Position numbers and translations under genes: made by a program. Below, piece by piece: positions 57,090-64,000 of a stretch of DNA of 64,000 bases. The stretch is from the NCBI GenBank assembly GCA_963786105.1, contig CAWAXX010000018.1:128001-192000 (forward strand). Direction: 5' to 3'. How positions within the stretch are numbered: the stretch's first letter is position 1; every line of letters begins with the position of its first letter. Source of the DNA: Vulcanimicrobiota bacterium (GTDB lineage: Bacteria; Vulcanimicrobiota; Vulcanimicrobiia; Vulcanimicrobiales; Vulcanimicrobiaceae). Below the pieces are notes generated by a model that was not told where the DNA came from, searched no databases, and saw only the letters and a list, made by a program, of their open reading frames with translations.

Positions 57090-58426
57090 GTAAGCGAATC
57101 GGCGGCTGGTTCCAGTGGCTGTTGCCCGGCCTGAGAATCAAGCGCTGGGTAATTTTGGCGACCTTCGGCATCGTGTTGTTGCTCGACGCGCTGGTTCGCT
57201 GGCTGATCGCCGAGGGCGCTGGAATTCACGTGAACGAAGTACTCGACGACATCGTCGACGACTATTTTCAGCCGGCATACCTGACGTGGATTCTCGCCAT
57301 CGTGGGCATCGGGCTCACCGCCATCGGCCTGCGGATGTGGCTGCGATCCGTCGTGCGCATCGCACGTGGGCCCGGACCGGAAAGTCTGCGCGCGACCCTT
57401 GCCGGGATGCGCCTGCAACAGGGATATAAGATCGTCGCCATCGGCGGAGGCACGGGTCTTTCCACATTGCTACGCGGTCTGAAGCGACGCACCAGCAATC
57501 TCACGGCGGTCGTGACCGTAAGCGACGACGGCGGCTCGTCGGGCCGGCTGCAAAAGGAGCTTGGCGTGTTGCCGCCCGGTGACGTTCGCAACTGTTTGGT
57601 CGCGCTTGCCGACGACGAAGCGCTCGTCACCGATCTCTTCCGCTTTCGCTTTACCGAGGGCGAGGGCCTGAGCGGTCATTCGTTCGGCAATCTGTTCCTC
57701 GCAGCGATGAGCGGCATCACCGGCAACTTCGATCGCGCCATCAAAGAATCGAGCCGCGTGCTGAACATCGTCGGCCGGGTTCTGCCGGCGACGCTCGGCG
57801 TCGTCCGTCTATGCGCCGAGTTGGAAGACGGTACCATCGTCGAAGGCGAGTCGAAGATCTCGTCGGCAAAGCGTCCGATCGCGCGCATTTTCTTCGAACC
57901 CTCGGTCGCCAATCCGCTCGAGGAAGTCATCGCGGCCATCCGCGACGCCGATGCGATCGTGCTCGGTCCGGGATCGCTCTTTACTTCGATCCTTCCAAAC
58001 TTCTTGGTAGGCCGGATCGCGAACGAAGTTGCCAACGCGCATGCGGTAAAGCTCTACGTATGCAACGTGATGACCCAGCCGGGTGAAACCGACGGCATGT
58101 CGGCAGCCGACCACGTCAAGGCACTCTTCGACATCGCCGGCGAACGCGTATGCGATTACGCCGTCGTCAACGACGAAGCGCCGTCACGTCTGGTCGCTGC
58201 CTACGCGCAGGAAGGTCAGGTCCCGGTGCGACCCGACGTCGATCGCATCTCGGCGATGGGAGTCGAGCCGGTGAAGGCGGGCGTGATTAGCGAAACCGAC
58301 ACGGTGCGTCACGACCCCGATCGCCTTGCCGCGACGGTCGTAGGCATCATCGACCGCGCGGTCGCGGATCGCGCGACCCTAATGAAGCCCGCAAGCGCGT
58401 ACCGGCGTCTCCCGGCGTCGTCCTGA
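57086..58426 (+). CDS. yvcK: YvcK/GlmR (UPF0052) gluconeogenesis factor with N-terminal TM segments
   Basis: IGGGTGL, DDGGSSGRL, GHSFGNL, GPGSLFTS and RHDP motifs. Confidence 0.92.
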   Translation: MSKRIGGWFQWLLPGLRIKRWVILATFGIVLLLDALVRWLIAEGAGIHVNEVLDDIVDDYFQPAYLTWILAIVGIGLTAIGLRMWLRSVVRIARGPGPESLRATLAGMRLQQGYKIVAIGGGTGLSTLLRGLKRRTSNLTAVVTVSDDGGSSGRLQKELGVLPPGDVRNCLVALADDEALVTDLFRFRFTEGEGLSGHSFGNLFLAAMSGITGNFDRAIKESSRVLNIVGRVLPATLGVVRLCAELEDGTIVEGESKISSAKRPIARIFFEPSVANPLEEVIAAIRDADAIVLGPGSLFTSILPNFLVGRIANEVANAHAVKLYVCNVMTQPGETDGMSAADHVKALFDIAGERVCDYAVVNDEAPSRLVAAYAQEGQVPVRPDVDRISAMGVEPVKAGVISETDTVRHDPDRLAATVVGIIDRAVADRATLMKPASAYRRLPASS

Positions 58427-58429
58427 CTT

Positions 58430-58777
58430 CTAATGCGTCGCCGCTGCGGCGAGCGTGAGGTCCAACTCGAACGGCTTCCCGGGCTCGACGTTCGCGGTCG
58501 ACGACAGCACCGTGTATCCTGAGGCCTGCACCGTGTAGTCGACGATGCCGCTGGGGACTTTGTCGATCGAAAACTTTCCGCTGGCGTCAGTCGTCGCCGT
58601 CAAGACGGTATCGACCGTGACGACCGCGCCGGCCACCGGTTTGTTACTGGCGCCGTCGACGACCGTTCCTTGTACCGTCGTAAATCCTGAAGCGGGCGGC
58701 AGTGCGTCGCTGTTGCACGCGGTTGCGACCGCGAGGAGGACGAGCGCGGCGAGCGCGACGCGGGCGAGCGATTTCAT
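58430..58777 (-). CDS. Carboxypeptidase-regulatory-like domain lipoprotein
   Basis: ATAC lipobox; G.V.D....PVAGA.V and TD..G.F....VP.G pattern. Confidence 0.75.
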   Translation of the reverse strand: MKSLARVALAALVLLAVATACNSDALPPASGFTTVQGTVVDGASNKPVAGAVVTVDTVLTATTDASGKFSIDKVPSGIVDYTVQASGYTVLSSTANVEPGKPFELDLTLAAAATH

Positions 58778-58814
58778 AGGTGATCTTGTTCGCCGCGCTG
58801 AAGCCGCCGCTCCT

Positions 58815-60218
58815 ATGGCGACCACCGCCCAATCCGGCCCAGCAATCGGTCCGGCATACTGCGAAAACGCACTCGAAGCCATCGGGCACACGCCCCTCGT
58901 TAAGCTGAACAAAGTCACCGACGGCGCCGAGTGCCTCGTCCTGGCAAAGGTCGAATACATGAATCCGGGCGGCAGCGTGAAAGACCGGCCGGCGATCGCC
59001 ATGCTCGACGCCGCCGAAAAGCACGGATTGCTCAAGCCGGGCGGCACGATCGTCGAACCCACGAGCGGAAACACCGGAACCGGCCTGGCGATGGCGGCGG
59101 CGATTCGCGGCTATCGCTGCATTCTCGTAATGCCCGACAAGATGTCGAAAGAGAAAGTCGATCTGCTGCGTGCCTACGGAGCCGACGTGGTGATCACGCC
59201 GACGAACGTCCCGTCAGACTCGCCCGAATCGTACTATGGCGTTGCCAATCGGCTCGCGTCCGAGATTCCCGGCGCCTTTCAACCGAATCAGTTTCACAAC
59301 CACTACAACCCCGAGGCGCACTATCATACCACCGGTCCGGAGATTTGGGAGCAAACGCGCGGCACGGTCACGCACTTCGTCGCGGGCATCGGCACCGGCG
59401 GCACCATTTCCGGCACGGCGCGTTTTCTGAAGGAACAGAATCCAAATATTCACGTCGTCGGCGCCGACCCCGAAGGCTCCATTTATTCGGGCGACATTCC
59501 GCGCTCGTATCACGTCGAGGGGATCGGCATGAACTACTTGCCCGAGACCGTCGACCTTCGCGTGATCGACGAAGTAATTCGGGTGTCCGACCGTGATTCG
59601 TTTCTGCTCGCGCGCCGGATCACACGCGAAGAAGGCCTGCTGGTGGGCGGCTCGTCCGGTACCGCCGGCGTAGCCGCCGTGAAGCTGGCAAAGACGTTGC
59701 CGAAGGACGCCATAGTGGTCGTGATCTTTCCGGATTCCGGGCGCGGTTACATGTCGAAGATCTTTAGCGACGACTGGATGATCGCCAACGGATTCTTAGC
59801 CGATGCGAAGCGACGCGCGACCGTTGGCGACGTACTTCGCGCGAAGACGCCGCTTCCGCAGCTCATCACGGTGCAATTCGACGACACGGTCAAGACCGCA
59901 CTCGATCTCTTGCGCCAGTACGAGATCTCCCAGATTCCGGTGATGCGCGAACGCGAACCCGTGGGCAGCGTGAACGATATCGGCGTGATGCAAGCCGTTT
60001 TCGATCACGCGGATATCCTCCATCAGCCGGTAAGCGAGGTGATGGGTCGCGCTTTCCCGATTCTGGAGCAGTTTGAGGAAATCGAGTTGGCCTATAAGCT
60101 GTTGACTCTCGCGAACCCCGCCATCGTGGTTACCGACGATGGCGAGCCGGTCGGCGTGTTGACGCGCCAAGATATCATCAGCTTTCTCTCGACCAGCTCG
60201 GAGATCGTGCGCAAGTGA
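58815..60218 (+). CDS. Cystathionine beta-synthase with C-terminal CBS domains
   Basis: NPGGSVKDR, EPTSGNTG and GTGGT motifs; CBS domain pair. Confidence 0.92.
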   Translation: MATTAQSGPAIGPAYCENALEAIGHTPLVKLNKVTDGAECLVLAKVEYMNPGGSVKDRPAIAMLDAAEKHGLLKPGGTIVEPTSGNTGTGLAMAAAIRGYRCILVMPDKMSKEKVDLLRAYGADVVITPTNVPSDSPESYYGVANRLASEIPGAFQPNQFHNHYNPEAHYHTTGPEIWEQTRGTVTHFVAGIGTGGTISGTARFLKEQNPNIHVVGADPEGSIYSGDIPRSYHVEGIGMNYLPETVDLRVIDEVIRVSDRDSFLLARRITREEGLLVGGSSGTAGVAAVKLAKTLPKDAIVVVIFPDSGRGYMSKIFSDDWMIANGFLADAKRRATVGDVLRAKTPLPQLITVQFDDTVKTALDLLRQYEISQIPVMREREPVGSVNDIGVMQAVFDHADILHQPVSEVMGRAFPILEQFEEIELAYKLLTLANPAIVVTDDGEPVGVLTRQDIISFLSTSSEIVRK

Positions 60219-60219
60219 C

Positions 60220-60259
60220 CCTTCGACTTCGGCGCTACGCGCCTCCGCTCAGGATGACA
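60220..60259 (-). repeat. REP-like dispersed repeat, copy 2
   Basis: Reverse complement reads TGTCATCCTGAGCGGAG-GCGCGTAGCGC-CGAAGTCGAAGG. Confidence 0.8.
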
Positions 60260-60270
60260 GCAAGGCCGGA

Positions 60271-61455
60271 ATGAGATTTTCGACTCGCGCCATTCACGTC
60301 GGCCAAGAGCCCGACCCGGCGACCGGCGCCACCATCGTTCCCATCTATCAAACGTCGACCTATACTCAGGACGAGGTCGGAGTTCACAAAGGCTACGACT
60401 ACAGCCGCACGGTCAACCCGACGCGCTCGGCTCTCGAGAAGCAGCTCGCGTCGCTCGAAGGCGGCGCCTTCGCGAGCGCGTTTGCCAGCGGCGTGGCGGC
60501 AACCGCAGCGGTGCTCAACGTGCTTTCAGCGGGCGATCATGCGGTCGTCACCGACGATCTTTACGGCGGGACATACCGGCTTTTCTCCAGCGTTCTGGTC
60601 CGCTACGGCCTCGAGTTCACCTACGTCGATATGACCGACTTGGCCGCGGTTCGTGCCGCCGTCAAACCTAACACCAAGCTGTTCTGGGTGGAAACGCCCA
60701 CTAATCCCATGCTCAAACTCATCGATCTACGGGCGATCGCCGATCTCCGATCTTCACTGAACGCAGCAGGACCGGCGCGCAAGCCAATTATCGCCGTCGA
60801 TAACACGTTCGCAACGCCGTACTTCCAGCAGCCGCTTGCCCTGGGAGCCGACGTGGTGGTTCACTCGACCACCAAGTACATCGGCGGCCATAGCGACGTC
60901 ATCGGCGGCATCGCCGTTACGAACGACCTGGACTTGTACGACATCCTTCGCTTTCACCAAAACAGCGTCGGCGGCATTCCCGGCCCGCACGACGCGTGGC
61001 TGACGATGCGCGGGGCGAAAACGCTCGCCATCCGGATGCGCGAACACGCCCGCAACGCTGCACGCGTCGCGGAGTTTCTCGAACGGCACCCAGGCGTCGC
61101 GCGCGTGTATTATCCTGGGCTCGCGTCGCACCCGCAGCACGAGCTGGCCAAACGCCAAATGAGCGGCTTCGGCGGCATGGTTTCGTTCGTACTCGAAGGG
61201 CCGCCCGAACGCGGGCTCGATTTCGCTCGACGCTTGACGTATTTTAGCCTTGCTGAAAGTCTCGGCGGCGTCGAGTCGCTAATCTGTCACCCCGCTCGCA
61301 TGACGCACGGCTCGATTCCCAAGGAAGATCGCGAACGGCGCGGCATCACCGACGGCCTCCTACGGCTTTCGGTCGGAATCGAAGACGTCGACGATCTCGT
61401 CGCCGACTTAGAGCAGGCCCTCGCAGCCACGCCGCAGGCCGTCCAAAGCTACTGA
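60271..61455 (+). CDS. Cystathionine gamma-lyase/synthase
   Basis: YSRTVNPT, ETPTNP, VDNTF, HSTTKY and AESLGGVESL motifs. Confidence 0.92.
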   Translation: MRFSTRAIHVGQEPDPATGATIVPIYQTSTYTQDEVGVHKGYDYSRTVNPTRSALEKQLASLEGGAFASAFASGVAATAAVLNVLSAGDHAVVTDDLYGGTYRLFSSVLVRYGLEFTYVDMTDLAAVRAAVKPNTKLFWVETPTNPMLKLIDLRAIADLRSSLNAAGPARKPIIAVDNTFATPYFQQPLALGADVVVHSTTKYIGGHSDVIGGIAVTNDLDLYDILRFHQNSVGGIPGPHDAWLTMRGAKTLAIRMREHARNAARVAEFLERHPGVARVYYPGLASHPQHELAKRQMSGFGGMVSFVLEGPPERGLDFARRLTYFSLAESLGGVESLICHPARMTHGSIPKEDRERRGITDGLLRLSVGIEDVDDLVADLEQALAATPQAVQSY

Positions 61456-61456
61456 A

Positions 61457-62044
61457 TCAGGGCTGGTCCAATGGGTAGCGGACGGCGGTGACATTGTGCA
61501 AAACCGTCTTCGCCTCGTCTGCGCTCGCGTCGCCCAACCGGCCGGATTCGGCCAGCACGATGCCCCGCTGGCCATCGGCCCAGACGATGGCGAACTCCTT
61601 CTTCGAGTCGAATCCGCTACCGGCCGTCACCTCCACGAAGGTAGCCGGCATGCCGTTGAGCAGCCCCATCGGCGTCTTGTTTCGAATTAAGAGTCCTTGG
61701 CCACCGGTACTGTGCATCTGGCTTTCGAACTGCCCTTCCCATTGGTCGGGCGCGGCTTGGAACGACTCCATCAAGATCTGAATCGTACGCTGATCCTCTT
61801 TTCCCGGATGCAGCACCCAGACGGCGACCGGCTGCAGATCGTTGGTGAGTTCGTTCAGTGCAGGATACCTTCGCCCCACCAGCACGGCGTCGGACGGCGC
61901 GGTAAAGTTCATTCCGGGATCCACGTAACTGTGGGGATCCGGTGACGGCGTCGGTGCTGCTGGAACCTGCGCGCGAACCCGGTACGCGGGCGAGAATGCC
62001 ATAACCGAGACAAAAACGGCGAGGATGAGAGCGATTCGTTTCAT
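61457..62044 (-). CDS. Secreted hypothetical protein
   Basis: Signal peptide; PTPSP linker. Confidence 0.6.
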   Translation of the reverse strand: MKRIALILAVFVSVMAFSPAYRVRAQVPAAPTPSPDPHSYVDPGMNFTAPSDAVLVGRRYPALNELTNDLQPVAVWVLHPGKEDQRTIQILMESFQAAPDQWEGQFESQMHSTGGQGLLIRNKTPMGLLNGMPATFVEVTAGSGFDSKKEFAIVWADGQRGIVLAESGRLGDASADEAKTVLHNVTAVRYPLDQP

Positions 62045-63099
62045 TCCGTATCCAAAACAGCGGCGAGTGCTGGGAGCGAGACGGCGTACCGGTAGCCCAC
62101 GTTGCGATGGTCGTCGTCGAACTCCTCGTGCCGAACCTCCAGCCCGGCGTCACGCATCCGCTCGGTCATAACGCGGGCACCGATGTCCAATCCGTACTCG
62201 TCGCGCCGGCCACAATCCAGATAACGTAGGCGTAACCGCGCGAGTTCGGCTCGATGGGTAGCGACCCGCTCGGTAGGGTCGAAGGCCAGCCAGCGGGCGA
62301 ACACCCCGTCGTTGAGCTCGCCCGTTCTCGCGTCGAAGGGCAGCTCGACATCGAAAGCCGAGCCGCTTCGCGGCGAGTATGCGGCCGCGTATCCGAGCAT
62401 TTCCATCGTTACGTACTCCGCCGGCGTGCGCTTGTGCTGCTTCTCGAAGGCGCTCACGAACGCCGCGACATCGCCGCCGTATTTCTCTAACGTCCGCTGC
62501 ACGCTTGGGAACGCCGGAATGTGGGCGTACCGAAAGTACGCGTCGCCGCTGTGCGACGCAAACGCCGAGAACACGCCCGGGTGTTCCATCACGAGGTGCA
62601 TCGATCCGAAACCACCGGAGGATTTTCCGAGGACCGCGCGACCACCCTCGGCCGCGATCGTCCGATACTCCCGATCGACGTATTCGACGACGTCTCGCAC
62701 GGTATACGTCGCGTAGTTGCCGTTGTGAATTGAATCGACGTATTGCGACCCGCCCAGTCGCGTGAATCCGTCGACCGCTACCAAAATGGCGGGCGGCATG
62801 TTGCCGCCGGCGATCGACCGGTCGATCCACTGAAACACGTTCGTATCCCACGGCCGGGATCCGAGAAGCGCCGCAACGTCGCCGGTGTACCCGTGCAAAA
62901 CGTATAACACCGGGTACCTGCGCGACCCCAAAGTGTCGTACTGCGGCGGCAGGTATACGGCCAGCGGTCGCTCCGACGGATCGCCCAACGCATTTCCGGC
63001 AAGTGCCTCACTTGCGACAAAATCGACATGCACGTCGCCGTGCAAACCCAAAATCTTAGCGAAGGACGAGCGTTCGCGCATGCGGGACTGATTCGCCAC
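62041..63099 (-). CDS. Alpha/beta hydrolase esterase (Fes-like); start uncertain
   Basis: YLPP.Y..YPVLYVLHG, GKSSGG, DEY and DDH motifs. Confidence 0.85.
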   Translation of the reverse strand: MANQSRMRERSSFAKILGLHGDVHVDFVASEALAGNALGDPSERPLAVYLPPQYDTLGSRRYPVLYVLHGYTGDVAALLGSRPWDTNVFQWIDRSIAGGNMPPAILVAVDGFTRLGGSQYVDSIHNGNYATYTVRDVVEYVDREYRTIAAEGGRAVLGKSSGGFGSMHLVMEHPGVFSAFASHSGDAYFRYAHIPAFPSVQRTLEKYGGDVAAFVSAFEKQHKRTPAEYVTMEMLGYAAAYSPRSGSAFDVELPFDARTGELNDGVFARWLAFDPTERVATHRAELARLRLRYLDCGRRDEYGLDIGARVMTERMRDAGLEVRHEEFDDDHRNVGYRYAVSLPALAAVLDTE

Positions 63100-63137
63100 C
63101 AGGTCCCGCTTTCACCTCACCGAAGCTCGCTTTCAGG

Positions 63138-64000
63138 ATGCAGCGCGCTATCGACCTGCGCGGCGCCGTTGCCGTCAACGTCATCACGATGATTGGCATC
63201 GGCCCGCTCGTTACGATTCCGCTCGTCATCGCTGCACTCGGCGGACCGCTCGCTCTCGTCGGCTGGATTGCCGGCGCGGTGGTGGCACTGTGCGACGGCC
63301 TGGTGTGGGCCGAGCTTTCGTCGCGATTCCCCGGCTCGGGAGGCACCTACGTCTACCTGCGCGCGGCCTTCGGAGAGCGAACGCTCGGCCGCGCGTTGGC
63401 GTTCTTGTTCAACTGGCAGTTCTTACTCTACGCTCCGTGCTTGCTCGCGAGCGGCTATATCGGCTTTGCGAACTACGCCGGATATCTTTTCCCGATCGTA
63501 GGAAGCAACGCATTCGTTCACGATGCCGTTGCGATCGGCGTGGGGGTGGTTACCATCGGCGCCCTCTATCGGCGTACGGCGCGCGTAGCCTCGGTCGGGA
63601 TCGTTCTCGCGGTCGCCGCCTTGTCGACGCTGGCGCTGGTTTCGATTGCGGCGCTGACCCACGCGCACTTGGGTCAAGCGTTTCATCTCGACGCACCCAT
63701 TCGTTTTAACGCCGGTCTTTTGGCCGGCTTCGGCAGCGCGCTGTACATTACGCTCTACGACTACGTCGGATATGCCGACGTTGCGTTGCTGGGCGACGAA
63801 GTGGTGCGGCCGCACCGCACGATCCCGTTGGCAATCCTGATCTCGGTGCTCGTCGTTGCGGTGTTCTACGTACTTCTGCAAATCGGCGTGCTCGGCGTCG
63901 TTCCCTGGCGCTCGCTGCTCGGCGCCGATGGTATGCCGACCACACAATCCCAATACGTCGGCTCGCTCGTGGTAGAACTCACGTGGGGACGTTGGGCGGC
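63138..64000 (+). CDS. APC family amino acid permease (3'-truncated by window edge)
   Basis: MIGIGP, WAELSSRFPGSGG.YVYLR and YDYVGY...EV..P.RTIP motifs. Confidence 0.88.
   Translation, partial: MQRAIDLRGAVAVNVITMIGIGPLVTIPLVIAALGGPLALVGWIAGAVVALCDGLVWAELSSRFPGSGGTYVYLRAAFGERTLGRALAFLFNWQFLLYAPCLLASGYIGFANYAGYLFPIVGSNAFVHDAVAIGVGVVTIGALYRRTARVASVGIVLAVAALSTLALVSIAALTHAHLGQAFHLDAPIRFNAGLLAGFGSALYITLYDYVGYADVALLGDEVVRPHRTIPLAILISVLVVAVFYVLLQIGVLGVVPWRSLLGADGMPTTQSQYVGSLVVELTWGRWA

Noticed and set aside
1..64000. CRISPR arrays, transposases, integrases and rRNA
   Set aside because: No regularly spaced repeats or diagnostic motifs were seen

Overview
High-GC bacterial chromosomal window. The gene complement and the many Pro/Thr-rich secreted proteins suggest an acid-soil Eremiobacterota (Vulcanimicrobiia)-like organism; this is inference only. 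Housekeeping content: icd, a cobC-cobT-cobS B12 nucleotide-loop cluster, aroE/yqeG, the yceD-rpmF-fabH-fabD-fabG-acpP-ffh-rpsP-khpA-rimM operon, rnpB, rapZ-yvcK, reverse-transsulfuration genes, four tRNAs and many secreted hydrolases. Main highlights: (1) a ~5.2 kb integrase-less island bounded by tRNA-Ala(GGC) and a 25/27-nt copy of its 3' end, carrying a CuA-cupredoxin / Cyc2-like cytochrome-porin / triheme cytochrome c operon, a candidate extracellular electron-uptake (Fe/metal oxidation) module; (2) a class II ribonucleotide reductase with a LAGLIDADG intein immediately before the thiyl-radical Cys, plus a homopolymer frameshift; (3) a signal-less lytic transglycosylase followed by two small paralogous helical proteins resembling T3SS needle/rod subunits, with a diverged remnant copy flanking an inserted lipoprotein gene; (4) a ~430 nt heavily structured intergenic region, a candidate novel ncRNA or leader; (5) a dispersed REP-like repeat with a variable hairpin. 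No CRISPR array, rRNA, transposase or integrase was seen. All calls come from reading motifs by eye; no searches were run.
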